Both the position numbers and the translations under genes were made by a program. Below are positions 1 to 8,013 of a stretch of 43,543 nt of DNA, piece by piece; the stretch's first letter is position 1, and every line of letters begins with the position of its first letter. Source of the DNA: a virus; the UHGV virus genome UHGV-0074709, one strand, 5' to 3'. Below the pieces are notes generated by a model. It ran no database searches. It saw only the letters and a list, made by a program, of their open reading frames with translations, and was not told the DNA's origin.

Positions 1-259
1 GCGGCACGGGGATAACGAGCCTGCCGGAAAACCTGACCGTCGGCGGGGGGCTTTACCTAAGCGGCACGGGGATAACGAGCCTGCCGGAAAACCTGACCGT
101 CGGCGGGGGGCTTTACCTAAGCGGCACGGGGATAACGAGCCTGCCGGAAAACCTGACCGTCGGCGGGTGGCTTGACCTACGCGGCACGGGGATAACGAGC
201 CTGCCGGAAAACCTGACCGTCGGCGGGGGGCTTTACCTAAGCGGCACGGGGATAACGAG
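1..259 (+). repeat. 60-bp coding tandem repeat (20-aa LRR units), ~4.3 copies
   Basis: Units at 1, 61, 121, 181 and a partial unit at 241. The unit at 121 differs at three codons (G>W, Y>D, S>R). Confidence 0.95.
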
Positions 260-746
260 TAAAGAAAGGGAAAAGGTCAAAAAACCGGATAAGCAAAAGA
301 TGTTTGAGTTTAATTTATCGGTGCAGGCAAAATTAAGTTGGCAAAACGGGCGTTACCGTATTTTTGACGGTATATTTTGTGAAGTAGTGCGCAAACTCAA
401 GAATGCCTACAAGGTAAAAATCGAACTTGCAACAAAATACGTCGTAACTGACGGCGTGAACTATGCGCACGGCGACACAATAAAAGAGGCGCGCGCAGAT
501 TTGATGTATAAAATCAGCGACCGCGACACTACACAATATGAAGATTTAACTCTTGATTCGGTTGTTACGAAAGAAGAGGCAATCAAAATGTATCGGGCAA
601 TTACCGGTGCTTGCAAGGATGGAACGAAGCACTTTGTCAGCGGATTAAAAGAACTAAAGCCGCGCTACACAATCGCGGAAATCATAGAGCTGACCGATGG
701 GCAATTCGGCGCAACAGACTTTAAGAATTTTTTTGAAAGGGGATAG
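1..746 (+). CDS. Leucine-rich-repeat protein, 3' part; the gene starts at 43336 and reads through the window junction
   Basis: The frame from nt 3 reads (GTGITSLPENLTVGGxLxLx)n and is continuous with the 300..746 ORF. It is also in frame with ATG 43336 if the ends are joined. Confidence 0.85.
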   Translation, partial: GTGITSLPENLTVGGGLYLSGTGITSLPENLTVGGGLYLSGTGITSLPENLTVGGWLDLRGTGITSLPENLTVGGGLYLSGTGITSKEREKVKKPDKQKMFEFNLSVQAKLSWQNGRYRIFDGIFCEVVRKLKNAYKVKIELATKYVVTDGVNYAHGDTIKEARADLMYKISDRDTTQYEDLTLDSVVTKEEAIKMYRAITGACKDGTKHFVSGLKELKPRYTIAEIIELTDGQFGATDFKNFFERG

Positions 747-748
747 CG

Positions 749-1045
749 ATGAGTAACTTTACCTGCCCGACCTGCGGGCTTACCAACATAGATTGCGGCA
801 AAGCCGGCTACAAGACTGCCCGCGAGATTGAGCTAGAGAAAAAGCTTGAGATTGCTGTTAAGGCTTTGGAGGAGTATGCAGACCCGTATAAATGGAATAA
901 TTGTATTATGAAATTTATAGCATATGACCAACAAGAAATTGTCAATAATGGGTGCTTTACTTCAAATGGATTTGAAGAGGCACAAAAAGCCCTAGCAAAG
1001 ATAAAGGAGATTAAGGGATGGAAACAGAAGAGGAAAAACGGTTGA
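749..1045 (+). CDS. Hypothetical phage protein with N-terminal CxxC
   Basis: ORF packed directly after the previous gene; CPTC motif. Confidence 0.65.
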   Translation: MSNFTCPTCGLTNIDCGKAGYKTAREIELEKKLEIAVKALEEYADPYKWNNCIMKFIAYDQQEIVNNGCFTSNGFEEAQKALAKIKEIKGWKQKRKNG

Positions 1046-1215
1046 AATATAAAATTCAAGACCTTGAACGAGAAATTGAAAAGCTACAAGCGCAAATCAA
1101 TAAACAAGCTGACGAGATTTTCAAAAAAGATTGTGAAATAAGCCGTTTAGAAGAGTATGAACAGCGCTGTTATAGAAGTTATGACGCTTGGGCTTTAGAC
1201 CCTGAAAGAGATTAA
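1018..1215 (+). CDS. Hypothetical coiled-coil protein
   Basis: AAGGAG upstream of the ATG; heptad-like sequence. Confidence 0.65.
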   Translation: METEEEKRLKYKIQDLEREIEKLQAQINKQADEIFKKDCEISRLEEYEQRCYRSYDAWALDPERD

Positions 1216-1228
1216 AGGAGCAAGACTA

Positions 1229-1618
1229 ATGTCATATTTAGAAGAACTGCTGCCCGAGTTCAGAAAAGGGGCAAAGATTAGACGCGCAGATTGGGGTGAA
1301 CGTTGTTATATTCGCCGAGTTGAAGGTAGAATAGTAACAGCAAAGGGAAATCCATATAACCCGACTTGGCAAGATTTGGACAGTGGTTTGTGGGAATTCT
1401 ACAAAGACCCAGAGTCAGACTGGCAATACATCATTGACCACAAGTTTTTATGTTGGTTTTGGGATAATGATGAAAGTAATAAATCTGCCGGTTTTTTGGC
1501 AGTTATTGAAGAAAACGAATATCTGCCATTTTTATCATACGGCGGAGAGTATTTCAAGCACTGCCGCCCCGTCCGCAGAGATGAAGTAACTTTTTACGAG
1601 GCTAAGAAAGATGAGTAA
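1229..1618 (+). CDS. Hypothetical phage protein
   Basis: AAGGAG RBS; overlaps the next gene. Confidence 0.75.
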   Translation: MSYLEELLPEFRKGAKIRRADWGERCYIRRVEGRIVTAKGNPYNPTWQDLDSGLWEFYKDPESDWQYIIDHKFLCWFWDNDESNKSAGFLAVIEENEYLPFLSYGGEYFKHCRPVRRDEVTFYEAKKDE

Positions 1619-1931
1619 TGAAATCAACATTGTAGAAATTCGTTCAAGAGAAGGAAGAATATCTGGTACTACGTTCTGGAATAGTCAAGTGGAACTTTTA
1701 AGCGACGAGGCCATTATAGAATTGCTTAATCATCTAAGCGACATGATAAAAAATGTTAATGGTATGCTTGCCTTACGATTAACAGATATGAGTAACAGGC
1801 GTATGGAGAACATTAATGCGTTGGACAATCCTGAAGAAATAAATCAGAATTTCAGAATTTTAGCCGACAGATTATCCAAACAGGAAAAGCAACTAAAAGC
1901 TTTTTTAGAAAGGAGCAAAGATGAAGACTAA
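1611..1931 (+). CDS. Hypothetical protein
   Basis: Overlaps both neighbours in an operon-like arrangement. Confidence 0.7.
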   Translation: MSNEINIVEIRSREGRISGTTFWNSQVELLSDEAIIELLNHLSDMIKNVNGMLALRLTDMSNRRMENINALDNPEEINQNFRILADRLSKQEKQLKAFLERSKDED

Positions 1932-2166
1932 AGCTTTAAAATGGATTGACGAGAAAAAGGAATATATCCCGTATGATTTACCGGATGGCGCTTGTGTTTA
2001 TACCGATGATTTTGAACAAGAGGTTGCCTGCTGCCAGTGCGGTAAAAAGGTAAAATACGGCGATTGTTACACCAGCCGGACAATCCATACGCACAACGGT
2101 TTTGGTTATGCCGAGTGTGAGGATTGTTATTTTAAGGATTTGAGAGAAAACGGAGAGAAAATATGA
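1921..2166 (+). CDS. Small zinc-finger-like protein (CxxC...CxxC)
   Basis: AAGGAG RBS; CCQCG and CEDC motifs. Confidence 0.75.
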   Translation: MKTKALKWIDEKKEYIPYDLPDGACVYTDDFEQEVACCQCGKKVKYGDCYTSRTIHTHNGFGYAECEDCYFKDLRENGEKI

Positions 2167-2354
2167 GCGGAACAATAAGAGCAATAATGGAAATTGATGA
2201 GGATGATTTGAAAGAATACATTGAGGAAAACGGGGGTAACTATGATGAACTTTGCCTTTCCGAAGACATTAACGGAGCTTTAGACTGTTTGCCTTTTAGC
2301 GCCTTTGTAATCGGATATGATATTATCAGAGAAGAGGAACAAGACGAGGATTAA
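2163..2354 (+). CDS. Small, very acidic hypothetical protein
   Basis: ATGA overlap with the previous gene; D/E-rich. Confidence 0.7.
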   Translation: MSGTIRAIMEIDEDDLKEYIEENGGNYDELCLSEDINGALDCLPFSAFVIGYDIIREEEQDED

Positions 2355-2360
2355 AACAAT

Positions 2361-2518
2361 TCGTGGTGCTGCCGAATACTCAATAAGGCAGGACGCGCCG
2401 GGGGATAAACTGGAATTAACCCGGATTGCGGCATTGGCACCCGCGGGATTCCGCCTGAATATGCCGAATAGGGCGGAGCTTGAGTAAGGAGTTCTGGGAA
2501 ATCCCGGGCAACTTTTTT
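2361..2518 (+). ncRNA. Candidate structured RNA or attenuator ending in a terminator-like hairpin
   Basis: GC-rich intergenic gap. Stems CTGCC/GGCAG, CCGGG/CCCGG and TCCGCC/GGCGGA; loop TACTCAA (2377-83) is complementary to TTGAGTA (2480-86); final hairpin followed by T6. Confidence 0.45.
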
Positions 2519-2523
2519 GAAAG

Positions 2524-2733
2524 GTGATGATGATGGATAAACTAGCAGAAGAATACGGTTGGCAAAAATTTGGTTGTTTTTATGTTTACGATACTGAAAA
2601 TGGAAGCTTTTTATTAAATGAAGACGAATTTTCTTATCAATGTGGATGTTGCAGCCGAAAAACTCTCATTAAAACAAGCCTCAACAAAAGGCAAATGGAG
2701 CAGATAATTAAAATAATTGGAGCAAAGCGATGA
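2524..2733 (+). CDS. Hypothetical protein
   Basis: ORF with an ATGA overlap to the next gene; exact start uncertain. Confidence 0.6.
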   Translation: MMMMDKLAEEYGWQKFGCFYVYDTENGSFLLNEDEFSYQCGCCSRKTLIKTSLNKRQMEQIIKIIGAKR

Positions 2734-3233
2734 CTAAAACACCTGAAGAACTGACAGAGGAATGGAAAGCGGGAAAGCTTAATGATGGAGAAAAATATTT
2801 TATAAGATACAAAAACTCTATTTTTATAGCTACTTTTAGATATTTCAAAGCACGTATGAATTATTGGAGGTTCATTGATAACGGAATTGAATATTGTGAT
2901 GATTCAGAAGAAGATTTAATTGAAGTTCTTGCACCCTACACCTATGACGAATACAAGGCTATGCAAGACCAAATTGCTGACGCCGGCAAAACGATTGAGG
3001 CGCTGGAAGACGAAATCGCCGAACTTAAAAAAGAGAATAAACAACTTGTAAAAGATACCGGCTACGGCTGGCATACCGCAGGGATAGAAAGCGACAAGAA
3101 TGATGAGCTCCGCGCCCTGCTGAAAGAGTGCTTGGCGCATTTATCATTAGGCGAAATCGGAACTTCTGTTACCCCGATTAACATTTTAATAGGCCACATC
3201 AACGCCGCTCTCGGCGAAAGTGAGGAACGATGA
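2730..3233 (+). CDS. Hypothetical protein with a coiled coil
   Basis: GGAG RBS; ATGA overlaps at both ends. Confidence 0.75.
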   Translation: MTKTPEELTEEWKAGKLNDGEKYFIRYKNSIFIATFRYFKARMNYWRFIDNGIEYCDDSEEDLIEVLAPYTYDEYKAMQDQIADAGKTIEALEDEIAELKKENKQLVKDTGYGWHTAGIESDKNDELRALLKECLAHLSLGEIGTSVTPINILIGHINAALGESEER

Positions 3234-3463
3234 AAGTATATTATTGCCGTGGTGAAAGATATTCTGATAGAGTTAGACAAGGATTATGCGGAGGTTTTGG
3301 AGTAATAGAAGATTTTATTCAATGGCTATACGGAAGAAAAAATATTGAGTATTTTTCAGGTTGGAAAGACAAAGAAATAATTGATTATATGAAAAAAACT
3401 CTGGAAAAAATATTGACGAATATAATGGTTTCCCAGGATGTTGGAGTATTAAAAAGGAGTTAG
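3230..3463 (+). CDS. Hypothetical protein, possibly frameshifted at an A7 run and extending to 3582
   Basis: ATGA overlap at the start. The -1 frame after the A7 run (3392-98) stays open to TGA 3582, which overlaps the next ATG. Confidence 0.55.
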   Translation: MKVYYCRGERYSDRVRQGLCGGFGVIEDFIQWLYGRKNIEYFSGWKDKEIIDYMKKTLEKILTNIMVSQDVGVLKRS

Positions 3464-3578
3464 TTGCAAATAATGTTTCAAAACCAAATTCGCAACATTC
3501 CGAACCAAATTGCAACATTATGTTAAAAAACGCGGATAATTTTAACACGTCCGGCGGAAATGTTAAGGAGAATAACAA

Positions 3579-3797
3579 ATGATTTTTTATTGGAAATGCC
3601 CCCACTGCAAAGCGGAAAACGAAAGCGAGTTTAAAAATATTAGGCAATGTCAGTGTGGTAAATGTGGGTTTATTTCTTTTTTTAGAGAAAGCGACTTTGC
3701 TTTTTTATCTTATGTGAAGAGCTTTGAAGAAAAACAAATACAAGAAGAGCCCGAGCCTTGTAAAATAGATTTTATAGAAAATAATCTAGGGGAATAG
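3579..3797 (+). CDS. Small zinc-ribbon protein
   Basis: AAGGAG RBS; CPHC and CGKC motifs. Confidence 0.7.
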   Translation: MIFYWKCPHCKAENESEFKNIRQCQCGKCGFISFFRESDFAFLSYVKSFEEKQIQEEPEPCKIDFIENNLGE

Positions 3798-3801
3798 TTT
3801 A

Positions 3802-4881
3802 ATGCGGTATATAGACCTTTTTTCGGGCATAGGCGGGTTTGCGCTGGGGCTGAGGCAGGCAGGGATAGAATTTGAAGAGCATTGGTTCTCCGAAATAGAC
3901 AAGAACGCGATAAACATTTATAAAAAACATTTTCCAAACGCAAAGGAGCTAGGCGATGTGCGAACAATTAGAGATTTTTCCGGGATTAAAGCCGACATTA
4001 TCACTTTCGGATTCCCGTGCCAGGATTTGTCGGTTGCTGGCAAAAGGCGAGGTTTGGCCGGCGCTAGAAGTGGTCTTTTCTTTGAAGCGGTGCGGATTAT
4101 CCGGGAGCTTAGACCTAAATATTTTATCTTTGAAAACGTCAAAGGTTTGCTTACAAATAACCGAGGAGCGGACTTTGTCAGATGTTTGCGGGAAATTGCC
4201 GACCTTGGGCTATATGAGTGCGAGTGGCAGCTTGTTAATACAAGCTGGGTATTACCCCAAAACCGAGAGCGGGTTTACTTTGTCGGACGTCTTGGAGGAC
4301 AATCCGGCGCAAAAATATTTCCTCTCTTCAGCGGCGGTGAAACGGCTGATGGGTTACAAGGACAATACGCTAAGTGTCTTACAACAAAAGGATGCTACAC
4401 AAATGGAACGTATGTTATTGAGCGTAAACAGTTTCAGAAAGTCCGGCAAATAAACCGGACCGCAAAGAACCACCAGCAAGACAGGATTTATTCTCCGGAA
4501 GGGATATGCCCTGCGTTAAACACGGTTGGAGGGGGTAATCTTGAGCCGAAAATAGTTTGCCCTGTATTGACGCCGGACCGGTTTATCAAAAGACAGAACG
4601 GGCAGCGGATGAAAGAAAACGGGGAACCCTCGTTTACGCTGACGGCGCAAGACAGGCACGGCATATATGACGGATGCTTAATCCGTAAATTAACACCTCT
4701 TGAATGCGAACGCTTACAGGGGTTTCCCGACGGGTGGACCGAATACGGCGCAGACGGCAGAAAGATGTCCGATAGTGCCAGGTATAAAGCGCTGGGCAAC
4801 GCGGTTACGGTAAATTTTCCAAGAATGATTGGGGAGAAGATAAAACCTGTTGACAAAATCAAAAAATATAGTAACAATTAA
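3802..4881 (+). CDS. DNA (cytosine-5)-methyltransferase, main (alpha) chain
   Basis: Motif I DLFSGIGG, motif IV GFPCQ, motif VI ENVKG, motif VIII QNRERVY, RKLTPLECERLQGFP, and motif X YKALGNAV. Confidence 0.97.
   Translation: MRYIDLFSGIGGFALGLRQAGIEFEEHWFSEIDKNAINIYKKHFPNAKELGDVRTIRDFSGIKADIITFGFPCQDLSVAGKRRGLAGARSGLFFEAVRIIRELRPKYFIFENVKGLLTNNRGADFVRCLREIADLGLYECEWQLVNTSWVLPQNRERVYFVGRLGGQSGAKIFPLFSGGETADGLQGQYAKCLTTKGCYTNGTYVIERKQFQKVRQINRTAKNHQQDRIYSPEGICPALNTVGGGNLEPKIVCPVLTPDRFIKRQNGQRMKENGEPSFTLTAQDRHGIYDGCLIRKLTPLECERLQGFPDGWTEYGADGRKMSDSARYKALGNAVTVNFPRMIGEKIKPVDKIKKYSNN
3956..4453 (+). CDS. Nested +1-frame ORF: probable beta subunit of the C5 methyltransferase
   Basis: AAGGAG (3943-48) lies 7 nt before ATG 3956. 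The product contains TLSDVLEDNPAQKYFLS, a C5-MTase-type segment missing from the main frame. The arrangement resembles M.EcoHK31I. Confidence 0.75.
   Translation: MCEQLEIFPGLKPTLSLSDSRARICRLLAKGEVWPALEVVFSLKRCGLSGSLDLNILSLKTSKVCLQITEERTLSDVCGKLPTLGYMSASGSLLIQAGYYPKTESGFTLSDVLEDNPAQKYFLSSAAVKRLMGYKDNTLSVLQQKDATQMERMLLSVNSFRKSGK
4850..4878 (+). promoter_or_regulatory. Sigma70-like promoter upstream of the HTH gene
   Basis: TTGACA-17-AACAAT; shares TGTTGACAAWATCA with the promoters at 18728(-) and 43039(+). Confidence 0.5.
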
Positions 4882-4907
4882 CAGGGGATTAAACAAAAGA
4901 GGTAAAA

Positions 4908-5114
4908 ATGAAAGAAGAGCCGGAAATTTTACAGATTCGGAAATTGCTAAAGGTTAGCCGCGCGCAGTTCGGGCGGTTTATTAACCGGAGCGAGCCGAGC
5001 ATAAGGCGATACGAGGCGGGTTGTTTCGTGCCGTTGGAAGTTATGATTAACGCCCGGAAATGGCGGAAACTGTATAATGAAATATACGGGAAAGAGGAAG
5101 AGGAGAAAGAATAG
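4908..5114 (+). CDS. XRE/Cro-like HTH regulator
   Basis: IRKLLKVSRAQFGRFINRSEPSIRRYEAG fits the XRE HTH pattern. Confidence 0.85.
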   Translation: MKEEPEILQIRKLLKVSRAQFGRFINRSEPSIRRYEAGCFVPLEVMINARKWRKLYNEIYGKEEEEKE

Positions 5115-5116
5115 CT

Positions 5117-5575
5117 ATGTATAAGTTAATTTGTTATTTAACGGCAATATATCAGTATTCAAAGACGATACATTATGAAGTCAAAGGCGAGGCTTTTTAT
5201 GGAAAGCACTTGTTTAACGATAGAATCGCCGAAAATATGAATGATTATGTTGATTTAATAAAAGAGGTTGTTTTTTTGGGACACGCAAAAGACGCGCCAT
5301 CAGCCGGACAAGTGCTTGAGGGCGCGTTGCCTTTATTGCCTGCAACGAAAGAAAACGACCAGCAAAACTATATCAACCTTTATAATTTGATTTTTCTTGC
5401 GCTGGACGAGATAGAGGAATTAAACAAAAAGGAGCTATCTGTTGGGGATAAAAACCTAATTGGCGGGATTGCACAAGACCTGCAGCAGAATTTAGGCTTG
5501 TTATGGCGGCAAATAACGCCTTACGCATACGAAACAATGCAGGAGCGGGCATTTATGCCGGAGGCGGAAATATAG
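5117..5575 (+). CDS. Dps/ferritin-like four-helix-bundle protein
   Basis: HYEVKGEAFYGKHLFND...YVDLIKE resembles the Dps HWxVxGxxFxxxHxxF..D..AE motif. Confidence 0.7.
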   Translation: MYKLICYLTAIYQYSKTIHYEVKGEAFYGKHLFNDRIAENMNDYVDLIKEVVFLGHAKDAPSAGQVLEGALPLLPATKENDQQNYINLYNLIFLALDEIEELNKKELSVGDKNLIGGIAQDLQQNLGLLWRQITPYAYETMQERAFMPEAEI

Positions 5576-5600
5576 CGTTCTAAGAGGAGAAAATAGGCTT

Positions 5601-6062
5601 ATGACACAAATTTTATACAAATGCACGATTGTAAACGACCCGCACCCGGAAAATGCCGGGCAGTTGAACATCTTAAAAAAGCAATATGCCGAGGAGTTGG
5701 CAAAGATAACCGGAAGAGATGAAGAAGAGTTTTATTGTTTCAGAAATCCGGTAAACGTAACCGCTATCGACCAGAACGGGGCAATCATCGGTTTTATTGC
5801 CGTCGGATTTGAGGAGCAGGAAAAGAGGGTTTATGCCTGCCACGTTTACGTTATGCCACAAGTCCGAAATCAAGGCGTATATAGGACAATGCTTGCCCGA
5901 CTTGTGAAGTTTGCGCAGGATATAAAATACAAGAGCATAACGGCGGGAGTTTTCAAAAATAACAAAATATCACAAAAGGCACACCGGGCGTTGGGGTTTG
6001 TGCCTTTTGCCAATTTATACGAGTTAAAAGTCGGGGATGCCGATTTGCACGGCTTGAAATAG
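5601..6062 (+). CDS. GNAT-family acetyltransferase
   Basis: Acetyl-CoA motif A (VYVMPQVRNQGVY) and N..SQKAHRALGF. Confidence 0.85.
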   Translation: MTQILYKCTIVNDPHPENAGQLNILKKQYAEELAKITGRDEEEFYCFRNPVNVTAIDQNGAIIGFIAVGFEEQEKRVYACHVYVMPQVRNQGVYRTMLARLVKFAQDIKYKSITAGVFKNNKISQKAHRALGFVPFANLYELKVGDADLHGLK

Positions 6063-6101
6063 TCATTTATGTCTTAAATTTAGATAGCGGGAGGGGTTTA
6101 T

Positions 6102-6386
6102 ATGTTTGAGAGCATACATAGGTGGTTTAAAAAAACTTTTCCGAAAGCAAGTTTCACCTCTCAAATTGTCAAATTAAAGGCAGAAATCGCCGAGTTTGAA
6201 GAGGCAGAGGGCGACTATGCCGGAAGACCGACCCGCTTAAATTACCTTAAATATCAGGAAGAGCTTGCCGATGTTGTGATTTGTGCCATAAATCTGGCGA
6301 GTTTTCCCGAAATGCAAGAGCTTATAAAAGAAAAGATGAAAATAAACCGCGCCCGGAGCTTTAACGGGGACGAGCATATTAAATAA
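6102..6386 (+). CDS. MazG-like all-alpha NTP pyrophosphohydrolase (DUF550-like)
   Basis: W..KTFP...KLKAEIAE...EELADVVI...EKMKINRAR. Confidence 0.75.
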   Translation: MFESIHRWFKKTFPKASFTSQIVKLKAEIAEFEEAEGDYAGRPTRLNYLKYQEELADVVICAINLASFPEMQELIKEKMKINRARSFNGDEHIK

Positions 6387-6401
6387 ACTGTTGGTGGGAT
6401 T

Positions 6402-7544
6402 ATGAAACAATACGGTGCGCCATATATGGGGAGCAAATCAAAGATTGCCGAGGATATACTTGCGGTATTGCCGAGAGGAAAACGGTTTGTTGATTTGTTT
6501 GGCGGTGGTTTTGCTATGACGCACTGCGCGCTTTTGTCCGGAAAATATGAAGAGTTTTATTATAACGAATTAAACCCGCTTGTGGTGGATATGATAAAAA
6601 AAACCATATCCGGGGAATATAAAAACGAGCGCCGCTGGATTGACAGGGAAACGTTTAACAGCCTCAAAGAAAAAGACGGCTATATTAAATATTGCTGGAG
6701 TTTTGGAAATAAAGGCGACTCCTATCTTTATGCAAAAGAGATTGAGCCTTGGAAGAAAGCGCTGCATTATGCCCGTGTTTTTGGCGATTGCAGCCTATTA
6801 AAAGAGTTTGGCATTGATTCTATCGGCAGCAGGCAGGATATAGCCGCCCACAAAGAAGAATACAAAGAAAAATATATAAAATGGTATCTGAAAAATATAT
6901 GCCTATCCGACGCCGATTTTAACCGCCTTAAAAACAATTTAGAAAAAAAGATAAAAGACCAGAAAGAAGAACTGCGGCAATATTTGTGCAACGCGCTGAA
7001 AGAATCAGGCTTAACGGCGGCGGAAGTTGACCGGCGCTTAAACACGCAGATGTCCGGGCATTACTTCGGGCGTTCACAGTGGGCGTTTCCTACACGTGAA
7101 GAGTATAACAAAATGCGCGCCTTTATGCCCTTAAAACCTTATGACGAAGTTTACGGCTATCAGGAGTTACTGGAAAGTCTGGAAAGTCTGCAAAGGCTGC
7201 AAAGTCTGCAAAGTCTGGAAAGGCTGCAAAGTCTGGAAAGGCTGGAAATCAACTGCGGGAGCTATCTTGATTATCAATATAAAGAGGGTGATGTTGTTTA
7301 CTGCGACCCGCCCTACGAAAACACCGCCACTTATTCAGATGAAGGATTTAACCATAAGGAATTTTACGATTGGGTTGCCAGCCGTCCCTACCGGGTGTAT
7401 TTTTCAAGTTATGAAATATCCGACAACCGGTTTTTTAAGGTTTGGAGCAAAGAAAAAATACAAAACTTAAGTGGACAAGGGGCTGGCGCGAAAGTTCAAG
7501 AAACGATATATTGCAATCAACCCGACAAAATTATGTTGTTTTAA
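6402..7544 (+). CDS. DNA adenine methyltransferase (Dam/D12-like) with an inserted helical region
   Basis: PYMGSK, DLFGGG and YCDPPY motifs. Confidence 0.92.
   Translation: MKQYGAPYMGSKSKIAEDILAVLPRGKRFVDLFGGGFAMTHCALLSGKYEEFYYNELNPLVVDMIKKTISGEYKNERRWIDRETFNSLKEKDGYIKYCWSFGNKGDSYLYAKEIEPWKKALHYARVFGDCSLLKEFGIDSIGSRQDIAAHKEEYKEKYIKWYLKNICLSDADFNRLKNNLEKKIKDQKEELRQYLCNALKESGLTAAEVDRRLNTQMSGHYFGRSQWAFPTREEYNKMRAFMPLKPYDEVYGYQELLESLESLQRLQSLQSLERLQSLERLEINCGSYLDYQYKEGDVVYCDPPYENTATYSDEGFNHKEFYDWVASRPYRVYFSSYEISDNRFFKVWSKEKIQNLSGQGAGAKVQETIYCNQPDKIMLF
7170..7250 (+). repeat. 9-bp coding tandem repeat x9 (CTGSAAAGK; L-E/Q-S/R)
   Basis: Read directly from the sequence inside the adenine MTase gene. 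Confidence 0.9.
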
Positions 7545-7558
7545 GGAGTTAAGGGAAA

Positions 7559-8011
7559 ATGGCAAAAGGACACGAAAATTTAATACCGCTTAACAAAAGG
7601 TCAAAGGCGGCGCAAAGGAAAATTCAATCAATGGGCGGAACGGCTTGCCGGGAGAAAAATAGAAGAAAAAAAAGCTTAAAAGAGCTGACGCTTTTATTGC
7701 TGGAAAACCCCGTTGTTTCGGAAGAGGCAAAGGCGCAAATAAAGCTGCTTTTCCCGGGTGTGGATGCGGAAGACCTGACGAATGGTATGGCTATGACGGC
7801 AAATATCCTTTTATCCGCCATAACGTCAAAAGACTTAAAAGAAAAGGTAAAGGCAGCTGAATACCTGCGCGACACTGCCGGGCAAAAGCCGGAAACAAGC
7901 GTAACCGGCAGCGTTACCGTTGAAAAAGTCTTTGTTTCGGAAAAAGAGCAGGAGGAAACGTTAAAGCACATAAAAGAAGTCATTACCGGGGAAAATAAAA
8001 ACGAGGGCTAA
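7559..8011 (+). CDS. terS: Putative terminase small subunit
   Basis: Immediately upstream of TerL; typical size; basic N-terminus (ENLIP...GG). Confidence 0.7.
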   Translation: MAKGHENLIPLNKRSKAAQRKIQSMGGTACREKNRRKKSLKELTLLLLENPVVSEEAKAQIKLLFPGVDAEDLTNGMAMTANILLSAITSKDLKEKVKAAEYLRDTAGQKPETSVTGSVTVEKVFVSEKEQEETLKHIKEVITGENKNEG

Positions 8012-8013
8012 AA

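Noticed and set aside
1..259. Regular repeats at both window ends as a CRISPR array or true terminal repeats
   Set aside because: There are no unique spacers; the units are in-frame 20-aa LRR codons. The end/start identity is best explained by a circular assembly broken within the repeat.
3500..3528. TTATGTTAAAA, a near-perfect XerD arm
   Set aside because: No XerC-like arm (..ATAA) at 6-8 nt spacing; probably chance in AT-rich sequence.
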